A DNA stretch of 61,649 bases, the filler included, from Sphacelaria rigidula (Eukaryota), in assembly GCA_964200075.2 (NCBI GenBank). It is 8 parts of 8 records of this genome, joined end to end, with 100 filler letters (N's around TTAATTAATTAA, not from the genome) between each part and the next. Parts side by side here need not be neighbours in the genome. Positions count along the whole stretch, not along the records: positions 7,721 to 15,339 come from CAXNAA020014064.1; positions 15,440 to 23,058 come from CAXNAA020014065.1; positions 23,159 to 30,777 come from CAXNAA020014066.1; 5 more parts are not named here. One strand, 5' to 3'. A model generated the notes under the pieces. It had not been told where the DNA came from. It saw nothing but the letters and a program-made list of their open reading frames with translations, and did no database searches. The translations under genes were made by a program, and so were the position numbers. Position 1 is the first letter of the stretch; the number at the start of each line of letters is the position of its first letter. Below are positions 12,840 through 25,030 of this stretch, one piece after another.

Positions 12840-13262
12840 TATAGTGGTCAGCGTCAGAGTTTTCAGATTCCGTAGTTGTTGTAGTTTTTGAGTTTTTCTT
12901 GAAAGCGCAAGCGCCGGTAGATTCAGGGGGAAAGCGTAGGCCGCGCTCAAACTGCAGTGCCCAGGTTGGTGTTTTTGCGGCGATACGGACTAGATACCCC
13001 GTTTATCAGAAGGGCGTTATTGGCCATTTTTGGTCCAATAAAAGGAGTTTTCCGGCTTTTCCGCAACAAAACGGTAAATACTCAGATAAATGAATACGTG
13101 AAAAAGATCTTTACAATAACGATCGAGATCATGTTTTTTTTTTCTATACTGCACAGACCGCAGTCTAGCTTTTTCTGCGGATGGCCTCTTTTCGGGGGGT
13201 TTTCGCTTAACATTTTCCATGAGCACTCGAAAGTGCTAGCGTCAATAGTTTTGGCAAAATAA
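12840..13262 (+). mobile_element. Non-autonomous repeat element (host of the insertion; resumes at 15069-15162)
   Basis: Colinear with the reverse complement of 48097-48627, which is uninterrupted. Confidence 0.8.
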
Positions 13263-15068
13263 CACACTCTAGACAATGGACACCATAATAGTCCATTGCT
13301 TCAGCAATAGATACGGGGGAAAATCTATCGATATATATTATCGAACACGATAGATGGTGAAACGTATGTATTGATATGTATTGCAAGGGGCAGTAGATGT
13401 TGCGATAGTCGATCGATAGCCTACGGCAATTACAACAGATAAAGACCACTCGTCATCGATGGACATCGTGTTGCTGGGATGTATGTATCGATAGCCATAG
13501 AGGTTTGGTGAGCCATCCATCGATAGAAATTGTCATTATCAATAGGTTTGGCGAGACATCCATCGAAAGTCATTGCCGCCATCATCAATAGATTAGGTGA
13601 GCCATCTATCAATACCTATTACCGTCATCAAAAGATTTGGTGAGCCGTCTATCGGTAGCCTCTGCCGCCAACAATGCATATTTTGGTATATATATAATAT
13701 ATCAAAATAGGCATTGCTGTCAGCAATCGATTGTTCTCGGGAGCACTTATCGAAAGCCAGTGACGCCAACGATAGGTTTTGAAAAATAGATTGCTCATCG
13801 CAGTGGTCTAATGACATCGACGGCAACACCCCTTACACATGAACACACAACGACCTGAGGCCATAGCTAGCCATAGCTTATTTCGAATAAGATAGAGATG
13901 AACGTCGAAATATGTACAAACATGACGCTAGTGATCGACGCCATTCAGCTACTTTTGTGGTCAGCAATATACATTAGTGGCCGCGATTCAGATTTTATTG
14001 TGACCCTCAAAAGGCACTGGTGGGCGCAGTTTAGATCCTATTGTGACCAACAATATCTATTGGTGGCCGCGTGACAGATACTATTATGATTAACAATAAA
14101 CATTGGTGGCCACAATTCAGAGCCTATTACAACGAATAAAATGTATCGATAGACAAGTTGGCCCCTTCAATGTCACGGCAATGATACATTCCGTCCCTTG
14201 TCTCGAATCTATTATCTCCTACAATAGCTATCAATAGACATTGATGCCAGTCGATAATGACAGACGATGAATGTTGACAGTCAAATTTTCGGGGCTATTG
14301 CAGCGCCAATGTTCTATTATATAGTATGTTGTCCGGGGTATCAGCACATCTCACCCACACACAAAAGTACTGTAAGCGCCCAGGTCCATCAGAGGGACAA
14401 TCATAAGTACCAACACCACACCAACAACAAAAGTTGTAAACTTTTGTCCACACATATTGCGGATTCCTACAAAATACCAGCGTTCCAAAATTGCAGACAC
14501 GTGATGCCATGTATTCACAAGTAGTATCATTATATACCCACTGCATGTCAATCTGCGACTTCTCTACCGTACCTTAACGGAGTATAGTATGCTCTATACG
14601 TAGCATGTTGCGATGTAGGTGTGGCAATAGACGACAGAGAATGTCTATCGGTAGGCATTGTGTACCACAGTAGATTCTATATCGATATTCATTGCCGCCA
14701 TGCATAGATTTATACGCAGTCTATCAATAGCTATTGCCATCAATAGATTTGGTATGCAATCTGTCAATAGCCATATCGTCGTCATCAACAGATTTGGCAC
14801 GCGGTCTATCGATAGCCATTGCCGTCATCAATAGATTTGGAAAACTATCGATCAATACATTTGGTCAGCCGCAATAAATTTCGGTGTAGGGCCACAACAG
14901 ACCGCTGCTCAGATAAGAGTGTGGAAAAGCGGTCTATCGATAGACATTGCCAACGACAATAGAAACAGGAACTTTTCCATCGATGGCCATTACGGACGAC
15001 AATATTGGCATCTACTGCAGCAAATTCTATTGTTATCGCAATAGATGTCGTCTATTGTCCAGGGTGTG
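13263..15068. mobile_element. Non-autonomous TIR DNA transposon, 1806 bp, 8-bp TSD
   Basis: TIRs CACACTCTAGACAATGGAC / rc CACACCCTGGACAATAGAC; TSD CAAAATAA at 13255-13262 and 15069-15076; single CAAAATAA in the empty-site copy near 48185; internal ~43-bp ATCGAT-rich arrays; no recognisable transposase ORF. Confidence 0.9.
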
Positions 15069-17843
15069 CAAAATAAGTAGGCCTTGCTCAAATCACAATG
15101 CCCAAGTTGGTGTTGTGGGGGGAAAACGGAGTGAAGACCCCGTTTATCAGGAGGGTCTTATTGCCATGGACAGTGCAGGCAGACAAAGCTGCGCGCACTG
15201 TTCAAGTCCTTTTCACGTCGCACTGTGAGCAGAAAACGTACATATAGTCCTGCGCTGTCTGTACTGTACTTCGTCCGCTTCCCTTTCACGTCCTACTGAA
15301 TGCAGAGGTGAGCACGCTGCAAGAACGGGCATCGTGTATNNNNNNNNNNNNNNNNNNNNNNNNNNNNNNNNNNNNNNNNNNNNTTAATTAATTAANNNNN
15401 NNNNNNNNNNNNNNNNNNNNNNNNNNNNNNNNNNNNNNNGTTGATTCTCATTTCAAAATACGTTCTCATTTTTCTGGCAACCCTGTTTACTGACGACCGT
15501 CCGTCCGTACAGTGCTACGCTTGCCCTCCGTGGGACCAACAGAAGCACAAAACGGACGAGGACTTTTGTTTCAAGGGGTTTCGATAGGATACGTCACGTA
15601 AGGTTTGGGGTAGCAGAACTAAACCCGATATGTTTTCGTTTTTCACATCCAATTTGATTGATACTGTTCACAGGTTGATCATTTACTTCCCTACTAGCAC
15701 AACAGCAGCAGTACGGCCACAAACGTTGCTCATGCCGAAAGACCTTCCCGACAAGAAAAACAAGCACACATCTGCACCCAACGCAACTATCAAGGTGCGG
15801 CATCTGGTGTGGAAAAAAACTCACGAAAGAGTACACCGCCCACCAAAAGGAGTGAGCGAGAAAGAATGAACCCCACCCCTCTTCACTTCCTACCGGCTAT
15901 CGAGACAAGGAGAAAGAGAAACAAACGACCTCGAAAAAAAAACAGGCACAGTTCACCTTCCGCACAAGGCATGTTGTGTCCCTACGTTGCAAGGTCTGCA
16001 CCAGCACGTACCGTGCTGTACCCCTGCTGGTACTTGATTGGTGGGGGGTAAGGCGTGCGTGAGTGTGTCCGGAACCGGCACTGTTGAGGGTACAAAACCG
16101 TTCAAATCGGCACTATTGAGCGTCATCTGTCAGTAGTGCCGCCAGGCACTATTGCGAGCTCTGGCTGTGCCTGGAAATTTTACCGGCATTATTAATGTCG
16201 ATGGCAGTATTCAACCGGCACTACTGAGAGCCCCCCACTGTATTCTGAATTCGGAGATTGCCATGCCTATCACAATGAACCAGTCGCGGATCAACAACGC
16301 TCGGCGTCGCAAAAACAAGGTCTCCCCACCGTCACCATAGTATCAGCATTCGCCTGGTTATCTTGCGTGAATTTTAAATGCTCGGCGCGTACAAGATGTT
16401 GCTTGAGGTACAGCTCCTCATTCCTGCCAACCTCAGCTGGAAGAAGACGGTGTAAACGATTCCTAGTCTCTGAAGCGCATAAACAGTGCTTCACCTGGCT
16501 GTACTGCCCTGCAAACCGTCTTTGCAGGGCCTCACACCACCTGTCAGCTACAGGACAGGATGATTGGTCAAGGGGGCGCCTTTTACATGACTTGCTCTTG
16601 ACAGGAGGGTGTATAATAACTTCTTGTATTAATCTCGTATACCTTTCACTCACCAAACATCAACCGTGCAAGCTTCACCCGAGCTGCTCTCTCACCCCGA
16701 AATGCAGTACAACAACACACAAAACAAGAAGAGTGGTCCGGGGGGTAAGACCGCACGCTGGGTTTCCTCCTATGTTTTACATCCAGTCATAACGCAATAT
16801 GTTACCGCAGACGATATCCCGTACCCATGATATGCCATCAATCTGCCTCGCATGTACCCGAAGTAACCCACGTACACATGCCCTAGTGTTGAGATCGGCA
16901 ATATTCAATTAGCCCCCCTTGTCGAGGCTTAACCCTAGTCATATCACGCAGAAAAATCTTGGTCCCATCCCATGAAATCAGAAAAATTCTCAGAACACAA
17001 ATGCCGGGACACATGGAAGACTCAGCAAGGAGAAAACCAACATCATCAAGGAAAAACCCCTGCTTTATTACATGCCCCCGTGACCCCATAGCACCTCCCC
17101 ATTTTCGGGAGTATCAAGTATTAAATCTCGGGACGTGTTTTTCCAAAACTATTCCACCAAAGTATGGCCCGAAATCCAGGTACAAACAATCAAATCAACC
17201 AAAAAAATCCGTCATATGCCATGATCCATCAAAATGTTAATGTTGCCAAATCGATCGACCCCTTGGCTTTTTTCGTGCCCACAGCACATGATTGGAAACA
17301 CTTGAATTTCTTGTAGAAAATCAAACTCATATTAAGGGAAAATTCCCACCATTTTGTCATCTCTGTGATAATATGAAAACCGAGACTGAATTATCACAAT
17401 TGAACTCACGACGGACTACGGTAAAATATTTGAAATAGTGTAAATCGTCATATCGCCATACCCACGCACGATCAAAGTTCAAACTATGCTGGCATCTCGA
17501 TGATACTAAGAAACCAAGAGTGAATCACAAAAATCGAACTCAAACTGTGGTGAAATATATGACAGTACAAAGCATAATACTCCCATCCCCACGCAAGACC
17601 AAAGCCATGAATCTCGATTTTCACGCGGTTTAGAAGCGTGCCAGATATTTTTACCCGGAATTTTCCCCAACAAGTCCCAACAAATCCTTGTTATGCATTC
17701 CAATAATTGTTGCAAATCTGATGGCCACTAGTCAAATCACTACAATCGGACAGTAGTCACGTTACTGCGCTTTCACTCAAAATCAAACCATCAATGCATG
17801 AATCTACGATCAAGCTGGATCATTTGACAGCAAGTTTTACATA

Positions 17844-20000
17844 CTTCCTCTGTCCCATAAGTAAATGTACCTAAATTTATACGAGCCCTTAACGGTGTCC
17901 GATCGTTTTTTCTTTAATGAACTCTACGGTGTTTATTGGGTTAAGAAAATGTGTTTCAAATTTGCAGCCCGTGCTTGAACCATGCCGCCGAACGGCTGCA
18001 AAAAAGTGGTCGGCTCAAAAATGGCCGTTTTTTGCCCCTTTCCAAGGAGAAAAAAAGTGTGAAAAAATGTTTTTTGATTTTTTTCATCGCCCCCGCCTTC
18101 ACTGGGGCTACTGCCAGGAAGTTCCACGTCTTCGCAAAGGCCTCCTGATCATAGTTTACCACCCTTTCCAAGGTCCCCGCCCTCTGGCGCGCCCTAACCC
18201 CGGTAACAACGTTTTCGTGAGATTGAGAGTAGAGCATACGATTGAGAGTGGAACGCGGTCAAATAGTGAATAACTAGTTTCAGTTCCGAGATACCCCTCC
18301 ACGAGGCCAGATAAGCTTTCTGCAGGCTCTCGCCACTGAAGCCCTCGCTATCTCTCAGTAGGATATCGACGTGTAGCTCTAAGCACACGCCGTTGTTACA
18401 GGCAAACAAAAGCACATACAGAATGAGAAACCAGTCAAGTTGAAGTGAATGATCGAATCTACTCTCAATCAACGCTCTACTCTCAATTTCACGAGAACAT
18501 TGTGCGGTGTGCTCTACACTGAAGTCGTTATCGCCCATCTTATGGAGTGCTTGGTTGTAAACCTTGAAAAGGCTTTACCACACCCTTTCTAAGGTGTCAC
18601 CGTCGTACTCCTCGTACTACTGGAAGATAGTCTTTACCAACTCGTCTACTGTACTCGCATTCATCCCCCACACCTTTTCTTGAGAGATGCAAAGAACCCA
18701 AAAAAACAAAATTCGAATCAGGCGACTGGGAAGGCTGGGTCACAAGCTCTACCAACCACCCCCGCCCCATCCCTGCCGAATGAAGAATATTCGGATTATT
18801 TTTCCTAGTGTGGGGGCTCGCGCCGTCCTGCTGCACCACCACGCGCTTCGAACGCTGCCATGGCATCGTTTTCTTGATCGTAGGCAGAAGTTGGTTGATG
18901 TACCACTCCTTGTACCACTCCGCGTCGATGGTGCAGTCGAACTGGTACTCTTCCCCCCTCTTCCTTCTCTTGGAGGATCGCTCAGCGGTTTTCATGACAC
19001 AAATGCGCCAAAGGCCGATCTTGCTGTCAAAGTCGTGGGTCGGGTCCGGCCTGGCGTTTGCTACTATGACCATGGTCTTTGGGAGGTGACTCTTGTGTTG
19101 AACGCGGGGAGACCCGGGGATTTCCTCGCCCGGGAAGATTCTGACCTTCTCCTTGTTCCTCAGAGGGAAGAACCAGTTTTCGTCCAAGTGGATGACGTTT
19201 CCCTGGTCCGGGTATTCCCCGGTTGTCTCGTCCACCTGATCGCAGATGAAGTCGATTCGGTGCTTCTTCTGGACTGGGGGAAGGGAAAGTTTGATGCGGC
19301 GAGCCACCTTTGCCGCCCCTTCTTTCAAAAACCACCGCCTCACGGTTTCTGTACCGTAATCCAGCCCGATGTCCTTCAACTGATCGGACACCTGTCTGGG
19401 CGTAAATGATTGATCCTGCGTGTTGACCTTCCTCATTGCCGCAACCTTTGTTGGAGAGAGAAGCGAGGGCCTTCCAGCCCATTCGATGTTCGAAAGATCG
19501 AGCTCCTGGGTTTCGTCGATCTGATCTTTAACCTTTTTTCACAGTTTGGATGGGTACTTCTTTCCAACACCGTAGCGTTCGCAGATCGGGTCGAGCACGC
19601 CCTTGGGACTCTAGTCAATTCTGGCTGAACGCCCATAGCAATCTCTATCGCCATTGCGTAGCGGCGACCCAAAGATACTTCGGGCCCCTTTCGGCGAATT
19701 GGGAGTGTGCAGGGGGGCGAGTTCATCTCGAGGGTGGGTAGTGGACCGGCAGGGTACTAAACTGGGACGTTTTGAGACAAAAATCTCGAATTCTCAAAAA
19801 CATTATCGTAATACTTCCAGAATATGGCCAAAATCAGGTATATTGCGACCCATTTTTAGTGTATAGCTTCGTTTTTTTTTCGGACTAGTTTTGTCTGCGC
19901 TTTGCCTTTCTAACGAACCCAACCACAACATCGTCGCCACCACTGGCATACCTATACAATGTATCGCCGTTAGGTATCTTTACTTATGGGACAGAGGAAG
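17844..20000 (-). mobile_element. Full-length Tc1/mariner transposon, DD39D/Stowaway type (2157 bp)
   Basis: ~31-bp TIRs CTTCCTCTGTCCCATAAGTAAA(TG/GA)TACCTAA, TA TSD at 17842-43 and 20001-02, transposase inside. Confidence 0.93.
18500..19726 (-). pseudogene. Mariner (DD39D-like) transposase, frameshifted with stops
   Basis: VIHLDENWFF, VQHKSHLPK, KIGLW, VVVQQDGASPH, QPSQSPD; expected third Asp is degenerate (SPDSNFVFLG); C-terminus in another frame: VDELVKTIFQ*YEEYDGDTLERVW*SLFKVYN...GDNDF. Confidence 0.9.
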
Positions 20001-20235
20001 TATAGCCGTAGATGTTTTGACACTGGACTATCACGTAAGAGTGATATATGAGCCCCACACGTAACCAGTTATTCATTGATCATCGATTCCTGCTCACCGA
20101 GAAACAGCACGGACAATAGGAACCGATTTGAGACAGCTCCGACGGCAAGGGCTCGCCTCGCCGCACGTGGGCTCGCCTTCCCCTCTCGCACACTACACCT
20201 TCAAGCCCCTGCAATAGTCCAACTGCCTACCACAT

Positions 20236-20883
20236 ATGGTTCCCGACACGCTAGACATGTCTCCCCCGGAGGAGATACTCTCCGTGGACGCTCTGCACGA
20301 GCTCGTCTACGAGGCGCGGGGGTCCGTCTCCACCGTAAACCCCAAGAGGGTAATCGTGGTGATGGGTCTCAACGCGGATGAACTACCAATAAACCAGCTC
20401 ATGTCCGTCTGCGCCGAAATTCTGGCGTCGAGCACCTCCATCAACATCGCGACCATCCTACAACCCTCCATGGCGGCCAGCGTTCCCTCCGACGATCGGG
20501 GGGACCTCCACACCCGAGCCTTGCTCGAAGCAGCGGTTGAACACCTGTGGGCTGCTGACGGCACCACCCACGGCGGTCTGAGAAAAGAGGGCGATTTCCT
20601 CGTATTCTCAGGCGCCTTTCCCCCACCTTCGGCATCGTGACCACCACAACCACAAAACCCCCTTCCTCCACTGCCACCTCGACCACCTTCTTCCTCCCAT
20701 GTCCCGGTGGACCTCATTGACCCCCACCCCAAACGCCAAACATTATCTGGACCGGAGCTCTCCGACGCGGGAGAGAGTACACATTGCAGGGCGGACAGGA
20801 GCGCAGCTGGCGCCGGTTTGGTAGGGGAGGAGGAGGACAGTGACGAGGAGCGATTGCTTACGCGGATTCACCCTCGCCGTCAG
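20236..20883 (+). pseudogene. Unknown coding-like frame broken by one TGA
   Basis: ORFs 20236-20640 and 20707-21024 share a frame, separated by TGA at 20638-40 and a Pro-rich linker; acidic EEEDSDEE patch; possible donor CAG|GTGGGA at 20883. Confidence 0.35.
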
Positions 20884-21699
20884 GTGGGATTCTCCATCTG
20901 CTTTCCAGCACGCACGTTCATATTAGTACATTCGAGGCCTCCCAGCCGTAGGAAAACGCCTACTGTCCAACAATCAACCACATGCGTAGGCTACAGCCAT
21001 ATCAAACTAGAGTCAGTACACTAATATATTGTAATGTAGGTACAGCTCTATTCGTCTGCACGACTTGCACCAAACTGCAGTCCATACACCGATCCAACTC
21101 CAGTCAGTATACTGTTATACTGTAATATAGGTGCAACTCTATTTCTCCGCAAAATTCTTACCAAACTACAGGAAGAACACTGTTATGCGGTGTTTCACAC
21201 ATCCTTTTGATTACCCTGCCAGCCGACAGCTCTTTACCGAGAACGCACCGTTCCTTACTCACGCTGCCGCCCCAGGAGCTCTCTTGCTCTCCATGATTCT
21301 CTCACGCAAAACCCCATTAGGATCACCATAAATTTCTGTCTGTGCATACATCGTATATGAGTACGCTGGGAGGCGCTCACATTGCTAATATGCCTTCACT
21401 CAACCTTAGTACTTGTCACGGTAGGATCCGGCCGCCGGGCCCACCATTCACCAGGTTACGGGTCTTGGTCCGTCTTCACATGTCACATGGCCCACCGCCG
21501 ACCTTCGCAGAAAACGAACGCTACGGTAGCACACACCGTGTGTGTTGTCAGTACAGATGCCTACACCGGAGCACTTAGACATCGGCCCTGAAACCGCGGC
21601 TCGCGACAACATCGCTGTTGCTTCGTTCTCTCCCGCCCCCCCGCTCCCCACCCCCCGCCCCCGAAAAGGAAAAGAAAACGAACAAACAAACAAACAAAC

Positions 21700-22600
21700 A
21701 AAGGAACAAATGTACAGATGGGTGCGCCGAACATTACACGGGCAGATGAGGGGGGCACCGTACACGCCCACTTGGCTTGCCGTCACTCATCTAGCATAAA
21801 TTTCGACCAGTACAGCATCATTTCGGAATCAGCACAGCTCACGTCCACCCGACCCCTTGTAGTAGGCCGTACAGTACATACAGCACAGTACACGCGCCAG
21901 ATAGCACAGATGGGCGCGCCATACAAATACACGGTAGATGAAGGAAGGGGCACCGTACACGTCCACCTCGCCGGCCGTCGCCCATCCAGTACAGACTCGG
22001 GCCAGTACAGTATCGATTCGGATGCCGCACAGTTCACGCCCACTCGACCCCTCGTCGTCCGTACAGTACTTCTAGCACAGTACAAGCCCCCTCGGCTCGG
22101 CCCTTCGACCTTCGCCGCCAATACAGTACACTAAGCAGCGTAGCACAGTACAAATGACGATGAGACGCGGCACCGCACAAGCCCTCCTGGCCTTCAGCCG
22201 CCTGTAGAGTACAGACTGGGACCGGTACAACAAGCACATACCCATCCACTTCTCCGCCGCCCAAACAGCACAGGGGGGGGCGTAGCACTGTACACGCGCG
22301 GATGACGCGATACACACGCCCGTACAGCACTTACCGCACAGTACACGCCTACCCGGCTCGGCCCTGCGCCGCCGATGCAGTACACTTGAGGGCATAGCAC
22401 AGTACAAATGCCGATGAGACGCAGCATTGCACAAGCCCTCCTGGCCTTCAGCCGCCTGTAGAGCACAGACCAGGACCGGCACAAGCACACGCCCGCCCGG
22501 GTTTTCGCCGCCCACAAGTGGGGGAGTAACAGTACACGTGCGGACGACGCGAAGCACAGCACACGCTGGCCTGTACCAACGCAGCACCGTAGAGCCCTAT
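21700..22600. repeat. Repeat region with two internal tandem duplications
   Basis: ~21715-21895 resembles ~21907-22085 (gggcaccgtacacg); ~22120-22350 resembles ~22375-22580 (gcacaagccctcctggccttcagccgcctgtagag). Confidence 0.7.
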
Positions 22601-22622
22601 GCTATGCCAGTAACCCTGTAAA

Positions 22623-23058
22623 CACGGGATCTTACAAATTGGGGATGGATCTTTTATTGGGGATGAGAAGTCCGGAGAATTAAAATCTTCGTATCCCCAA
22701 AACATCTTCGAAATATGGTTCCATTTCTTCACCTACTAATATATTGACAACTACTGCACGCCGTAGAAATTGGGACTTCGATCACCAAAGTGTTGGGGTC
22801 CTAGGGTAAAGACCAATCTTGGGGAATTTCAGGTGTCCGAACGGACGCCAAAATGGTTCCGAAAATGTTTTTTCCTCTGGGACCCCAACATTTCGGTGAT
22901 CGAAATCCGAATTTCTATTGCGTGTAGCAGTTGTCGATAGCTATCAGTAGGTGAAGAAATGGAACCACATTTCGAAGATTTGGTGTGGATACGAAGATTT
23001 TAATTCTCCGGGTTTCTCATCCCCAATAAAAGATCTATCCCCAATTTGTAAGATCGCG
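22623..23058. mobile_element. Foldback MITE with ~185-bp TIRs (right end cut by linker)
   Basis: CACGGGATCTTACAAATTGGGGAT... is mirrored by ...ATCCCCAATTTGTAAGATCGCG; arms ~22623-22808 and ~22875-23058. Confidence 0.88.
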
Positions 23059-23199
23059 NNNNNNNNNNNNNNNNNNNNNNNNNNNNNNNNNNNNNNNNNN
23101 NNTTAATTAATTAANNNNNNNNNNNNNNNNNNNNNNNNNNNNNNNNNNNNNNNNNNNNCCTTAGCAGTACACTCCAAACATAGCCACCAGGCTATACCC

Positions 23200-23360
23200 C
23201 ACTCTTTTTCTTTGGGTCAATTATTTACAGCGTTTTTCTCTCCTCTTTTCTCTTCAAAGAAAGTGCGTCCGACGGGAATCGAACCAGTGACTACTGACCA
23301 GTCAGCGCTGACTGGTCGGTAGTCTAGTTGGTTATCTCTCAAACCGTCACAGGTCGCTGC
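23200..23360. mobile_element. tRNA-derived SINE-like sequence with head-to-head palindrome
   Basis: B box GGTTCGATTCCC on minus strand (~23274-23285), A box TAGTCTAGTTGG on plus strand (~23320-23331), 36-bp palindrome 23289-23324 between them. Confidence 0.55.
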
Positions 23361-23409
23361 TTCCTGCCCCCGCCCCCTTCGCAAGGGACCACCGCGAATC
23401 CCGCTGTGA

Positions 23410-23870
23410 AAAGCGGCGACGGACACAGCGGTGCACGCGGCCGATCGCGACTCGGGAGAAGCCGATCAACAGCGAAGCATGCAAGGGGCGGGTCAACTGC
23501 ATCACGTGGAATGGGCGCGGCGTCTCAAGCGAGCAGCACGCCAGGGGTACTTGTTGATATGACTGATGGTGACGACCCTTAGTGGCGCTGCGCCGGGAGG
23601 GAGGTGATAGAAGGGGCGCATCCGGGACTAGATCTGATCAGTGAAACCGGCGGCGGAGATGGCCGTGCACGCGGCCGATCTCGCAACGGGAAAGGCCGGT
23701 AAACAGCGAAGCATGCAAGGGGCATTTTGGCTGCATCACGTGTAACGGCGCGGCGAGTAAAGCGAGCAACGCGCCAGGGGCACCTGTTGATGTGACCGAT
23801 GATGAGGGGCGTTACTGGTACGGCGGCGGGAGGGAGGGGGTAAGGGGAGCGCATCCGGGACAAGATCCGA
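23410..23870 (+). repeat. ~240-bp GC-rich tandem duplication
   Basis: gtgcacgcggccgatc...aacagcgaagcatgcaaggggc...ctgcatcacgtg...gcgcatccggga occurs twice. Confidence 0.75.
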
Positions 23871-24816
23871 TCAGTCGCTACTTTTGCGGCCGCGGATCAG
23901 ATGAACCCATCGGACGCAAGTCGAACTCTTCAGCCGGGATCTGGATTGGAGATTCGGATTCAGAATGCAGCGGGTCCGAGAGAGAGGACTCAGCATCAGA
24001 AGCGGGCGACGACCATGACGAAGATTTCGCGCTCTGATTTCAGTCTGTGGAGAATATTGGGGTCATTATTTCTGTAGATAGATTGCGCAAACGTTTCTGT
24101 ACAATTCAGGGTTGTTTTTTTCCAGGCTGTAGTCATGAGCCGTGCCTCATGTACATGGCGATGATGATTCGTGCATGTGCGGTGCACCGTTGGGTGCAAA
24201 TGTGTATGGAGAGTGGTCTGGTGACGCCCGTCAGCGAATTGCCTGTGGTGCAGGAGGCTACATAGTGCGCACCTATCAAGGGAGTGTTTCAATGCAAGAC
24301 GACAGGTCTGACCCACACCATTGTATGCCAGTCGACCGATGACATACTGTACAGCACTGCCAACGCCCGCGCGTCGACTCTATGGCGTTCGTACAGGAAG
24401 AGAACTGCCGGGAATCATCCGCGTGACCATTGTGTTGAACGGTCGGACAAAAAACGTCGGGTGGTGCTCTTCGTCACACTCTCTCCGATATCCTTGATAC
24501 TGCACCATCTGCGACGAACCGGAGGGTCGTGACACCACTGGTCTTCCGAATCACACATCGGGCCCATTTCCGCCACGTTTCCCTTTATACCGCTTCTTAT
24601 GGCAAACACAACATTTTGGAAGACTGTTTTTTGTTGTCCTTCTGCGTCGTATTTGGGCCTAAATGATGGCTGGGCGGATGTTGCCTCCTTTGCGTGCCTT
24701 GCTTTTATCGTCGGCAAATCGGCCACGTCACATGAACGTGTTCAGGTGTTTGCCTCTCGCTATTTTGGCCGAAGTTGTATTTTCGTTGAAGAACGATAAA
24801 CAACACAGTGACGCTA

Positions 24817-25030
24817 CGGTAGGGGTGCACAAATATTTTCTGAGGTTAGAATTGTTGGGAGCCCTTGATCTCATCCAAAACGCGACTCAAGAAATATATG
24901 AAAGTGCGCCAGGATTGCTATTTTAACGTGCTAGGGATATCCCGAATTAATTTGGGAACGGGGATGCCTGACCATAGTCATGTGCATCTAGAATCGTTAG
25001 GAGCGCCCCTGAACCAGACAAAACTTTACG
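24817..25030 (+). mobile_element. Partial copy of the TA-flanked MITE at 60275-60509
   Basis: TA|CGGTAGGGGTGCA start; body colinear with 60275-60485; right TIR not seen. Confidence 0.75.

Noticed and set aside
16291..16656. Second mariner-like transposase relic (SERYTRLIQEVII)
   Set aside because: No recognisable catalytic motifs or TIRs; similarity is too weak to call.
17875..18500. Possible Fanzor/TnpB cargo in the mariner element
   Set aside because: Only ~600 bp lie between transposase and TIR, with no RuvC or zinc-finger motifs in the ORFs there.
18687..19409. 240-aa plus-strand ORF
   Set aside because: Antisense shadow of the mariner transposase.
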